This document shows, piece after piece, positions 23,894 through 35,866 of a DNA stretch of 64,000 bases. Made by a program: the position numbers and the translations under genes. The stretch's first letter is position 1; every line of letters starts with the position of its first letter. The notes under the pieces are model-generated. The model was given only the letters and a program-made list of their open reading frames with translations. It ran no database searches and was not told the origin of the DNA. This DNA is from Octopus sinensis (taxonomy: Eukaryota), in the NCBI RefSeq assembly GCF_006345805.1, contig NC_043008.1:54932001-54996000 (forward strand), in the 5' to 3' direction.

Positions 23894-25734
23894 TTACCCC
23901 CATACTTTCGTGAGTTGAATTGAGCAAACACTATATGAGAGAGGTTTTCTTTAAGTATTAGAAATAGTTTTAAAAAAGTTTTTTTTTAGCTACTATTTCT
24001 AATGAGTTCAGTATGCGGCAAAGTAATTTATTTTACTAAGCCCTTTTATATAATGTAATAATTTGAATTCGCCTTAAATGGTCCCTTTGCATACTGAATA
24101 CTTGGTGAAATTGATTAATAATTAATTAATTTTACCCTCAATTGTTGAATTATAATTCATCTCCCTCTATTTAATGCCTAGGATTTTACCGAAAAAAGCA
24201 TAGTGTTTGCTGATTTTAACCCACGCTGGTGGAAAGGGGAGAGCAGAAAATCTTCGCTTGCATATTTGAGTTTGCTGGCACTGTTAGTTTCGAGCAGATC
24301 TTCAGAAGCGATAAGAAGCCGAAAGGGTATGCTCCCACTTTCAGTGTTTTCAAATCCAAACCAAGGAGTTCTGAGCTGATGATAGAAATGTCGAGTTGAC
24401 TAATCTTGAAACGTACGTTCTCAAATAACCTTTGCATTTGATTTTTTAATGTCTTTACCCCCATACTTTCGTGAGTTGAATTGAGCAAACACTATATGAG
24501 AGAGGTTTTCTTTAAGTATTAGAAATAGTTTTAAAAAAGTTTTTTTTAGCTACTATTCTAATGAGTTCAGTATGCGGCAAAGTAATTTATTTTACTAAGC
24601 CCTTTTATATAATGTAATAATTTGAATTCGCCTTAAATGGTCCCTTGCATACTGAATACTTGGTGAAATTGATTAATAATTAATTAATTTTACCCTCAAT
24701 TGTTGAAATTATAATTCATCTCTCTCTATTTAATGCCTAGGATTTTACCGAAAAAAGCATAGTGTTTGCTGATTTTAACCCACGCTGGTGGAAAGGGGAG
24801 AGCAGAAATTCTTCGCTTGCATATTTGAGTTTGCTGGCACTGTTAGTTTCGAGCAGATCTTCAGAAGCGATAAGAAGCCGAAAGGGTATGCTCCCACTTT
24901 CAGTGTTTTCAAATCCAAACCAAGGAGTTCTGAGCTGATGATAGAAATGTCGAGTTGACTAATCTTGAAACGTACGTTCTCAAATAACCTTTGCATTTGA
25001 TTTTTTAATGTCTTTACCCCCATACTTTCGTGAGTTGAATTCAGCAAACACTATATGAGAGAGGGTTTTTTTTAAGTATTAGAAATAGTTTTAAAAAAGT
25101 TTTTTTTAGCTACTATTTCTAATGAGTTCAGTATGCGGCAAAGTAATTTATTTTACTAAGCCCTTTTATATAATGTAATAATTTGAATTCGCCTTAAATG
25201 GTCCCTTTGCATACTGAATACTTGGTGAAATTGATTAATAATTAATTAATTTTACCCTCAATTGTTGAAATTATAATTCATCTCTCTCTATTTAATGCCT
25301 AGGATTTTACCGAAAAAAGCATAGTGTTTGCTGATTTTAACCCACGCTGGTGGAAAGGGGAGAGCAGAAATTCTTCGCTTGCATATTTGAGTTTGCTGGC
25401 ACTGTTAGTTTCGAGCAGATCTTCAGAAGCGTTAAGAAGCCGAAAGGGTATGCTCCCACTTTCAGTGTTTTCAAATCCAAACCAAGGAGTTCTGAGCTGA
25501 TGATAGAAATGTCGAGTTGACTAATCTTGAAACGTACGTTCTCAAATAACCTTGCATTTGATTTTTTAATGTCTTTACCCCCATACTTTCGTGAGTTGAA
25601 TTGAGCAAACACTATATGAGAGAGGTTTTCTTTAAGTATTAGAAATAGTTTTAAAAAAGTTTTTTTTAGCTACTATTTCTAATGAGTTCAGTATGCGGCA
25701 AAGTAATTTATTTTACTAAGCCCTTTTATATAAT
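23894..25734. repeat. About 560-bp tandem repeat, 3.3 near-identical copies
   Basis: Units start at 23894, 24455, 25014 and 25575 (TTACCCCCATACTTTCGTGAG). The differences I saw are mostly single-base indels. Confidence 0.95.
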
Positions 25735-25753
25735 ATATATATATATAATATAT

Positions 25754-25854
25754 AACATTATTGGTGAATTGAAGAAATGGAGCTGAACGCAGATTTAAAA
25801 CGATTTCTGTTCAATCTGCGTTCAGCTCCATTTCTTCAATTCACCAATAATGTT
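25754..25854. repeat. Perfect 42-bp hairpin with a 17-nt loop
   Basis: 25754-25795 is the exact reverse complement of 25813-25854. Confidence 0.95.
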
Positions 25855-26024
25855 TTAATTTCAATTATCCGCACCAACGCACGGTTGCAACGCCAGATGG
25901 TTGTACCTCCAACCGTGCTGTTTACTGCTGTGATTTTTGCTACTAAGGTATCGGTTAAACTTTTGATTAATCTACTACAAGATTATTCATCTTTCTATTT
26001 CACATATATATATATATATATATA

Positions 26025-26263
26025 CTCTTACTCTTTACTCTTTTACTTGTTTCAGTCATTTGACTGCGGCCATGCTGGAGCACCGCCTTTAATCGAGCAA
26101 CTCGACCCCGGGACTTATTCTTTTGTAAGCCCAGTACTTATTCTATCGGTCTCTTTTGCCGAACCGCTAAGTAACGGGGACATAAACACACTAGCATCGG
26201 TTGTCACCCAATGCTAAGGGGACAAACACAGACACACAAACACACAACACGCATATATATATA

Positions 26264-26336
<73 letters not shown>

Positions 26337-26380
26337 TACGACGGGCTTCTTTCAGTTTCCGTCTACCAAATCCACTCACA
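26025..26380 (-). mobile_element. SINE family A, partial, with internal (TA)n
   Basis: Same tail and body as 35455-35866, reversed. Confidence 0.85.
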
Positions 26381-26824
26381 TATATATATATGCACATACA
26401 CACATAGATAATATTCATATGTATGCATATACTTACATCACTACTGACATACAAATGCATACACTGGTATTCATACACCTACAGCAGGCACAAACACACT
26501 CGCACACATACTCACACATTTATGTACATACACATATATATATGCGTGAATACATGACTGTTTGTGTTTGTGAATCTCGATAAATATTCTCGTCCTTGTA
26601 AAATGAACAACTGTCGAGATAAATAATACGAATTGATAGAGAAGAGATAAACATCTCTTTGTATGCTCGTATGCGTATACCGCAGCGTTAGAGTATAAGA
26701 TAGTATGTGCATGTGTGTATGGTGTTTGTGTGTGTGTTTGTGCATGTGTGTGTGTGTATTGTGCATGCGGCTGTGAATTGTTGAAATGTGTACTTTTAGT
26801 TTTAAACATGAAGCTCAGAAAATT

Positions 26825-27156
26825 TTCTCATCAAGATGTAGGACAAAGTACTGTGATAGCCTGGGTTTCCGAGGCCCACAGCTCTTCAATATACTCCCGA
26901 AGAACCTAAGAGACCTGCATGGGGTGGATGCAGATGTCTTTAAAATAAAACTGGATCTCTTCTTGTCGGATGTCCCAGATGAACCAACTACACGGCAGGA
27001 GGTGCAGATGAGGGCAGCTGCATCGAACTCTCTCATGCACCAAATGGCAATTGCTAAAAAGCATTCGTGAAGTAAAATCATGCAGCAACACTAAATGGCG
27101 GTGCCCCAGCATGGCCACAGCTTGTGAGCTGAAAGTAGATAAAAATAAAAAATAAG
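26825..27156 (+). mobile_element. CR1-group LINE 3' end (same family as 7965-9325)
   Basis: DSLGFRGPQLFNILPKNLRDLHG..VPDEP..RAAASNSLMHQM and the matching 3' UTR. Confidence 0.9.
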
Positions 27157-27507
27157 ATAAATACATTAACACAGTTCTGCATATGAATGTACACCGTGTG
27201 TTTTTGCCGTCGGTTCCTTCATTCTTGTCGACCCACCTACACTTCCACTCTTCCTGGCCCACCTCTCTCTCTCTCTTCCCTCTCTTTTCCATACTATATA
27301 TATTCTCAAATCCTTAAAAATGTTTTAGGCCGAAGGCCGCGGCCATGCTGGAGCACGATGTACACAGTCATACTTACATATATATACGTACATATAAGCA
27401 TGTATGTGTATGTTAGCCCTGATCTGTTGATCAGGTGAGCAAACTACGATGTGACGTTCCAACCAATAACCAACTCCTACGCCCACATCGTCAGATGTTT
27501 GTTTACT

Positions 27508-27558
<51 letters not shown>

Positions 27559-27708
27559 TTCCCTCATCCTTCTATCCTTTAATTTTGCCAATGCGTTTCT
27601 GTACACACATACCTATTCATGTGTGTGTGCGTGCGGGCGTATATATATACATATATATACGTATATAAATATGTATATATGTATATGTATATGTATATAT
27701 ATATATAT

Positions 27709-27742
<34 letters not shown>

Positions 27743-27774
27743 CATATATATGTATCTATCTATCTATCTATCTA

Positions 27775-27805
<31 letters not shown>

Positions 27806-27991
27806 GCATATGTAAATAATATATACATATATACTTACATCGCTACAGACATACAAATGCATACATAGTATTCATATAACTACAGCAAGCAAACAATGTA
27901 TGTACCGTACAAATACATGTGCGTATGTTATATATATATATATACACACATGATATATATACTTACATACATAACATGGATATGTATATGA

Positions 27992-28049
<58 letters not shown>

Positions 28050-28063
28050 CATATATATACATA

Positions 28064-29092
28064 CTAGCATTAAAGACCCGTCGTTGCGGGGTCATAGTGG
28101 TAGTGCATGTATATATGTGTATATATATATGTACATAGTACATGTACATCTATATATATATATACACATCTACACATAAAATACAAAATACAAAGTTATA
28201 TCGTGATATCGCTAGTGATAACAATACTCAAAATATATAACAGACTGGAATTGTTAGCCCCTCTCTTGTAATTTCGATCAATTGTATCTTGTCCTCCCTC
28301 TTGTATAGAAGTGTGGCTACAATCCAGCCTACCTCTACTTCGGGGGGGGGGCATTTTAAATTTTTTCCGGGACGTCCTACGTCCCAGATATAAAGGTAGA
28401 AATAAAATATTTCCACTTTGCAAGTTCGAGTCGAGTACTCCCTCACACGCTCCGTTGACTCGAACCTTGCTTCTAATGTGGCGAATTTACCGCCTCTGAT
28501 TAGATACCTTTCATAGTCGCACCAAGACACTTTTCGATGGTGCTTTCCTCCAGGTGTTCAAATCTTCTTTTTTCTCTACATTGTATACTTTATAGACAAT
28601 TGTCTTTTCTTTTCTTTAATTTTTTATTATCCATCTGGACTATTCCATTTCTGCACGCTAAATTTATTTTTAATTTATTCCCATTCATGTGAAACCCCTT
28701 ATTCAAGTTCAAATCATTGATGCAATTTTATACCAATTGCTATTTTTACTTTTGTCATGTTACTTTAGTTTGCTTTTAATTATTACTTACTACATATAAT
28801 TCAATTGTTATTATTATTTTTATTGTTAAAGTGAAAGTATCTGACATAAAATAGAGAAATGTTTTTGTTTCACTTTTAACAGGTAATACTGAAATAGTGG
28901 AGAAGTTATGATATTGCTATGGGCTCGCTCTAGGTAAGAAGTTGAACTTTTTTTGCCCATGAAACTACATGGACCCTAAGTAAGGCATGTGTGAAATTTG
29001 AATGAAATTGGTAGTGTAGTTCTCAAGTTTTAGGGAAACACACAGACAGACAGACAGACAGATACATATTCTCAGTTTTATGTATATAAAGA
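28064..29092 (-). mobile_element. Non-autonomous Helitron
   Basis: Minus strand 5' A|TCTTTATATACATAAAA..(TCTG)n and 3' GACCCCGCAACGACGGGTC hairpin with CTAG|T. Confidence 0.75.
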
Positions 29093-29592
29093 TAAACACT
29101 AACAAAGTATATGAAAGGATATACAAATGTATAAAAATATCAAGCATAAATATTAAAATTTATGAAACATAATGTGTAATTACAAATATCCAAAATATAA
29201 TATTGTATACTGTAGTATATGTATATATATATATATAACGGCTTCTTTCAAACTGATGTAATGTTTTCATTAATGAATAGAAGGAGCTGCTTGAAACGGC
29301 CGTAATGAATTGACAACTGTAAATCCTTGTTATTCATTCATATTCTGTTCACTTAACTTGGAATCAACACTTCGGAAATACTATAGAAAGTACCTTTATA
29401 AAAGTACATGTCTGAATTACCACGAACGGATATCTTCGCTGAACTGCGTTGCGCTGTCTGTACATACGGCAGGAATATTAGGTACAAACACCCCTGCACG
29501 GAGTCTTGATATTCAGTATTTAATTAATATTGTTTGGGTGTGAGGAATATATGGACCTAGCAAGGGGCCTCGATTGAAGTACCTAATTCAAC

Positions 29593-29623
<31 letters not shown>

Positions 29624-29963
29624 TTGTATATATTTTCCTGTTATATGAATAATCAACGACCTCATATGTATGTATATACATGTACATAGAAATACGTTTG
29701 TTTTTGCGTACATGTGTATTTATGTTTAGGAGATTATATTTGAAAGTAAGTGACATTTTTATGTAAATTATGATAGCTACATCAAGCAACAACGGAATAA
29801 AGCAACATCTGCTGTAAACTATACTTTTTTCTACTGTCATCAAAAATTCCTGTAATTTTAAATACGATAGTACAAAATCATAGATGTGTGGTTGTGTTGT
29901 TTTCATTGGAACTACGTGGTTCTAAGTTCACTCCCACTGCGCAACGAAAACTTGATCAATACA

Positions 29964-31385
29964 TCTCTATACCTATAAAAGACAGGATGTTTGTGTGTGT
30001 GTACGTGAATGTAATTAATTCACGTCCACAAATTAGCACGCATGTCGCTCCAATTTTAGGAGGACATTCGTCATGATCCTAGCTGTCTTTTCGTCAAATT
30101 ATTTTCCCCGAGGTTTCCGCGGACAGTGGTAAGCTTCAATTTTCAACCATAACAATTACCAACTTTGAAGTTTGCTAACATTAGTTAAGTACCTTCTTGC
30201 CATAGCGAAATGAATTTGTGTGTGTGTGCTGGTGTACGAAACTGTCGTCAGTGCCGTTGAAAAACAGGCGGACGGCATGTTTTCCTCGATACTCCTGGAG
30301 GTACCGGCAAATCCTTTGTAACACAATTAATACTTGCTAAGATTCGTCGCGAGAAACAAGTTGCGCTAGCCGTTGCCTCCTCGGGAATCGCTGCTATGTT
30401 ATTGCCGGGAGGTAAGACAGCGCACTCGGCATTCAAGCTGCCTTTAGATTTGGTAAGAGCCGAGGTTCCTACTTGCAACATTGGCAAAAATTCAGAGGAA
30501 GCTGAAGTTCTTAGACAGTGCCGTTTCATTATATGGGACGAATGTACAATGACCAGTAAGGGTGCCCTTGAGGCACTGGACCGGTCACTGAATGGTATCA
30601 GGTATTCTACAGCTTGTATGGGTGGTGTAACTCTATTGTTTTCAGGAGATTTCCGACAAACCCTTCCTGTTATCCCTAAAGGGAACCGGACTGATGAAGT
30701 GGGCGCATGCCTTAAGTCATCCATGTTGTGGCCCCAGGTTAACACCTTAAGCCTAAGCACATACATGCGTGCGCACTTGCTTGGTGATAGCACGTCTACA
30801 ACATTTGCTGAAGACATTTTATCCCTTGGAGAAGGTAAGGTCCCTAGGAATGATAGGGGTGACAAATTCATCTCTGAACTGTACAACACCATGGACAACC
30901 CTTCCGATCTTTTGGAAACAGTGTTCCCCAATCTCGAAAGTAACTATGCAGACATCAATTGGCTCTGTGAAAGAACCATTCTGGCCCCTCAAAACGTAGC
31001 TGTCGATGCTATCAACAACCAGCTGAATTCTGGGTGTGGAGCGCGTCTACAAATCGATTGACCGAACCTCTGACCCCCAAGACATTGTCAATTACCATAT
31101 CGAGTTTCTCAACTCAGTGAAGCCAGCAGGGCTTCCACCTCACATTCTTAGGCTAAAGGTTGGATGCCCAATTATGCTAATCAGAAACTTGCTTCCGCCT
31201 AAACAGTGCAACGGGACCCGCTTAATAATCAAGTCCTTGATGCCCCACTTGATTGAGGCCACCATTGTTACAGGGTGCGGGAGGGGTGAAGATATTTTCA
31301 TTTCAAGGATGCAGCTTTATCCCTCGGGGTCAGACATGCTGTTTAACTTTCACAGATCGCAGTTCTTGGTTGTATATGATTAGTG
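29964..31385 (+). mobile_element. Internally deleted Helitron carrying a Pif1-family helicase fragment
   Basis: 5' A|TCTCTATACCTATAAAA. Translated PGGTGKSF, VASSGIAAMLLPGGKTAHS, IIWDECTM, GDFRQTLPV, LAPQN, KVGCPIMLIRNL and CNGTRL. Confidence 0.9.
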
Positions 31386-31494
31386 TGGTGTGTTACACCA
31401 CCACCAGTGGCCAGGTTGTCACTCATCTGTCATACATACATACATACATACATACATACATACATACATACATACATACACATACATACATGCA

Positions 31495-32580
31495 CACATA
31501 CATGATGGCTGCAAGCTCTCTTTCGAATATTACCACTCCGTTGGACCACAGACAAGGGAAAGAGCCAATGGACTTCTTTGCCGCCTCACCCATAATCAGC
31601 GAGGCAGTTACGATGGAATACATCGACATTAGCGAAGATGATATACTACTAGATGAAGTGGACTCGAATTCAACTGCTGGTACTGATGCTTTCCCAGTAA
31701 TCCTCCTCAAATCGTCTAAACATGCCCTGGCAAAACCTCTCCAGATTCTCTTCAAGAACGTCCTTGAAAATAGAAGACTGCCAAGAAAGCTGAAGGAGGG
31801 AATAATATGCCCAATCCATAAAGGAGGAAGCAGAGCAAATGCCAAAAACTACAGGCCTATCTCTCTGACTTCACACATCAGCAAAGTCAAGGAACAGATA
31901 GTCAAAGGGAAACTAATTGCATTCCTTGAAGAAAATAACTTGCTGAGTGATACCCTTTCGACCAGGTAGGAGCAGCCTGACCCAGCTCTTAAAATATTAT
32001 GACTGGGTGTTGAGGCAGTTACTCAACAACTCAAATGTGGACGTAATATACCTTCATTTTGCAAACGCTTTTGTCTAAGTGGATCATGGTATGATATGCC
32101 ACAAACTGTGTGATCTCGGTAGAGCTGGAAAACTTGGAGAATGGTTACATGACTTTCTGAAAGGCAGTAGTGGCCAATGGAGCCATTTCAATGAAAACAC
32201 AAATAGCGAGCGGTGTTCTACAGGGTACCGTCTTGGGACCATTGCTTTTCATATTGTCCCCCTTAGATATGCCCTCAACTGCTCTGATAGCCACCCTTGC
32301 GAGCTACGCAGACGATACGCAAGTCTTGCGGAAAATACGGAACCGCAGCGATGTTGCACATCTGCAGCAAGTGTTGGACTCAATTTACAGATGGGCTGAG
32401 GATGATAATATGCAGTTCAATGCTGAAACATTCCAAGCCCTGCGCTACCAGCGTCCAAAACTGAATATGAAACTTACAGGGTACACTGGTTCACAGGGAA
32501 TTACAATCCCAGACCCTAAATCAGTGAGGGACCTGAATATCGACATGAGTGATGCTACCTCTTTCCAAGTGCACATTACC
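31495..32580 (+). mobile_element. CR1-group LINE RT fragment
   Basis: AGTDAFP..KNYRPISLTSHISKV, GVLQGTVLGPLLF, SYADDT and MQFNAETF, with frameshifts. Confidence 0.9.
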
Positions 32581-32589
32581 AGGATGGCG

Positions 32590-32776
32590 ACAAAGCAACA
32601 GAGAAAGTTATGGTGAAAGACTACAGCAGGGTTCACCACCATCCCCTGCCGGAGCCTAGTCGAGATTTTAGGTTGTTTTCGCTCAATAAACACTCATAAC
32701 GCCCGGTCTGGGAATCGAAACTGCGGTCCTATGACAGCATGTCCGCTGCCCTAACCACTGGGCCATTGCGCCTCCA
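32590..32776 (-). mobile_element. SINE family C, 5' part
   Basis: Reverse complement of about 14001-14190. Confidence 0.8.
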
Positions 32777-33110
32777 CAAAAAAATTATATATATATATAT
32801 ATATATATGCATATCGAACATATACACAAGGCATGTGCGTTTTTAGTTAGTGGGCCGACTGCAGATTTTAGGCGTAAAATATATATATACTCAGTGCACG
32901 AGGCGCATTGAGGGTATGTTCTCTTCCGTCTAAAAACCGCAGCCGACCCACGAACTAGCAACACACATAACTTGTGTATGCGTATTCGATTTTGTTATAT
33001 ACATCGAGCGGCTTCTAATTCCGATTTGAATATACGTGCGCGCGTGCATATGTGTGTGCGTGTGTACATATACATACATATATACATACTTAGATGTATA
33101 TGTATATATA

Positions 33111-33183
<73 letters not shown>

Positions 33184-33356
33184 ATATATATATGGGTGTG
33201 TGTGATTGTGTATAGAAGATATATAATAAAAAAAGAATTCCAACCTTGTCTGATTTTCACGTTTTATTTACAATCTTATAATGATATATTATAAGATAAT
33301 ATATTAAATTGAATAAAATAAAATGAAATAGTAGAATGTTAAATATTCATTCTGAT

Positions 33357-33401
33357 TGAACTAGTACTTTCATGCATTGAATTCTGCAATCTTCGGGTTC
33401 A
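33357..33401 (-). ncRNA. Minimal HHR-like motif with CCGAAGA core at the 3' end of a PLE
   Basis: UGAAC-CCGAAGA-U-UGCA-GAAUUCAA-UGCA-U-GAAA-GUAC-UA-GUUCA: 5-bp stem I, 4-bp stem II and palindromic AGUACU stem III. Confidence 0.7.
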
Positions 33402-33462
33402 TGTAGTAGTGTGACAGTCATGCTCACAATTTTTGACTGTAGCAAGATGATTGATTCTGTGC

Positions 33463-33576
33463 TATAAATACAGCTGGGTAGGCTCCAGAGTGCTAGGTTT
33501 TGCAAACTGTATTCTGACCAATCAGTGTGTAGTATCACTCAATTACTTAAGCTGATTGGTTGGTTGAGCTGATTGG
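33463..33576 (-). promoter_or_regulatory. Putative Pol II promoter in a PLE pseudo-LTR (three CCAAT boxes and a TATA-like element)
   Basis: CTGATTGG at 33552 and 33569, CCAATCAG at about 33518, and TATAAATA/TATTTATA at 33463-33470, about 60 nt upstream of the HHR. Confidence 0.4.
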
Positions 33577-33899
33577 TTTAGGCATCACGCTTTGTTGGAC
33601 ATGTCAAGAGTCCTGTATCTTGACCCTGGCCGAAGCAGCAATTGTTGGGTTATTTTTAGAAATGTTGTAAATATCCTTTGTCAGAGATTTTTTATTTTTA
33701 TATTTCAATTGTCATCATCATCATTGTCAACACCTTAATTATTGTTGCTAGTGGTGATGGTGGTGGCAATAGAACTTTTAACCCTAAATAAGATAATTTT
33801 CCTGCTCTCTTCGTCTTGATCACCTTTAGTATTGTTGTTGTTGTTAGTGGTCATGGTCGTAGCAGTGGAAGTAATACCTCTAAGTATTATTATTATTAT

Positions 33900-35105
33900 T
33901 ATTGCTTATTTAGCTTGGGTTCGAATTTATCAATAAAATTCTTTTCTCTGATTTTCCTCTCGATTTCACTTGGGCTGTGTAATTTGTAGAATGGAAATAT
34001 TATATATATTTTCCGACCACATGTTGCTAGGTGGTTACTCAAAGGTATCTGACGGACCTCTGGGTCTCTAATCTGTTGCCGGTGTACACGTGAGCGTTCT
34101 AATAGTGCGTTTCCGTCTGACCTACATATATTTCTTCACAATTTGGGCATTTGATGCAGTAAATTAAATTTCTGCTTTTGCAGTTCATATTCGCGTTTGT
34201 GAATATTTTCCCGGTTTTTGTGTTTATATATTGACCGGTATGTATGAATTGGCATGTGCCACATCGGCTATCATTGCATTTAGATACCGTGAATGTTTGG
34301 TCTTTGTGCTGAGGTCAATTTTGCCTTGTTAGTAATGTTTTCAAGTTTTTAGGCTGTCTTTTACTAAGCACCATAGCTCGATCCGTGATTATGTCTTTTA
34401 ATTCATTACTTGGGCAATGATTGGTAGGTTTGCTTTGGCAATGTTGAAGATATTCTGGTGACATGGGTTGTGTGTCACTATGAATGGTATGACTTGTTCT
34501 TGTTTTCCTCTTCCTTGGGTTGTCCTAAGTTGTTGTATAGGTATTTTTATAGCCCGCTGTATGCCATTTTCTATAAGTAGAGATGGGTATTTTTGTTTGA
34601 GCAAAATTCTCTTAGTTCTATTAGGCGTTTGTTCCTGATATTTGCATCTTCTACAATAGTACAAATTCTTCTGGCTAGGCAGTATGGGATGTTACGTTTT
34701 GTATGTGGTGGATGGCACGACTTAAAATTTAGGTATTGATGTGTGTCTGTGTGTTATAGTATATATCTGTGGTGATGGTGTGTCTTTTTTAATTACCATT
34801 ATATCCAGGAATGGTAATTTGGTACTACTCATCTCCTTTGTAAATTGGAGAGATGGGTGTAGGTTGTTCAGGAGGATATTGAACTCTTCCAGAGTATTTA
34901 GAGATTCTGTCCAGATTATGAAACAGTCGTCTAGGTATCTCTTCCATGCCTTTTCAATATACTTTCTAAACCCAGTGCCATAGTTTACCTCCACCTCTTG
35001 GTAGAGTTGTTCTTCTAAGTATCCCATTACAGAGTTGGCGTAAACGGGAGCAAACCTCGTTCCCATCGCCGTGCCTCTAATTTGGATGTAATTCTTTCCA
35101 TTGAA
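33900..35105 (-). mobile_element. Penelope (Neptune-like) RT and GIY-YIG remnant
   Basis: GTAMGTRFAPVYANSVMG, KRYLDDCFIIW, LPFLDIMV and NLIYCIKCPNCEEIYVGQT. Confidence 0.9.
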
Positions 35106-35123
35106 GAAGAATGTGTTATATAC

Positions 35124-35168
<45 letters not shown>

Positions 35169-35265
35169 ACGGGAAGCTTTGTGAAAATAAAGAAAAGACG
35201 AAGGCAGGTGGAGTACAAACAAACAATTGTATTAGTATGGCGCTCAGGAATATAAATAAAACAAG

Positions 35266-35303
35266 TCTTTTACGTTTCGAGCCTACGCTCTTCAACAGAA
35301 AGA
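35266..35303 (-). ncRNA. Minimal HHR-like motif (CUGUUGA core)
   Basis: UCUUU-CUGUUGA-A-GAGC-GUAG-GCUC-GAAA-CGU-A-AAAGA. The downstream sequence resembles 13663-13760. Confidence 0.65.
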
Positions 35304-35454
35304 TATATATATATATATGTACACAACACATATACATTCACGTTTGTTTTGCACGTGTCACGGATAATGTATGCAAGCATGTGCCTGCATACAGACTCAT
35401 ACATACACACACACCCACACACACAGACTAATATATATGCATACGCACACACAT

Positions 35455-35866
35455 GGGCGCAGGGGTGGCTGTGTGGTAAGTAGCTTGTTTACCAACCACG
35501 TGGTTCCGGGTTCATTCCCACTGCGTGGCATCTTGGGCAAGTGTCTTCTACTATAGCCCCGGGCCGACCAATGCCTTGTGAGTGGATTTGGTAGACAGAA
35601 ACTGAAAGAAGCCTGTCGTATATATGTATATATATGCATGTGTGTGTGTTTGTGTGTGTGTTTGTTCCCCTAGCATTGCTTGACAACCGATGCTGGTGTG
35701 TTTACGTCCCCGTCACGTAGCGGTTCGGCAAAAGAGACCGATAGAATAAGTACTGGGCTTACAAAGAATAAGTACCGGGGTCGATTTGCCCGACTAAAGG
35801 CGGTGCTCCAGCATGGCCGCAGTCAAATGACTGAAACAAGTAAAAGAGTAAAAGAGTAAAAGAGTA
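35455..35866 (+). mobile_element. SINE family A, full length
   Basis: tRNA-like head, TGGGCAAGTGTCTT body, CCAGCATGGCCGCAGTCAAATGACTGAAAC tail and (TAAAAGAG)3. Confidence 0.9.

Noticed and set aside
23940-24200. Mitochondrial rRNA insertion (NUMT) in the AT-rich part of the tandem unit
   Set aside because: I recognised no conserved rRNA or mitochondrial gene motif; AT richness alone is insufficient.
24370-24400. CTGATGA-TA-GAAA-TGTC in the 560-bp unit as a hammerhead or C/D snoRNA
   Set aside because: There is no stem II, the flanks cannot form stem I, and there is no properly placed terminal C/D pair.
30248-30931. 227-aa minus-strand ORF
   Set aside because: It is the antisense shadow of the Helitron helicase frame.
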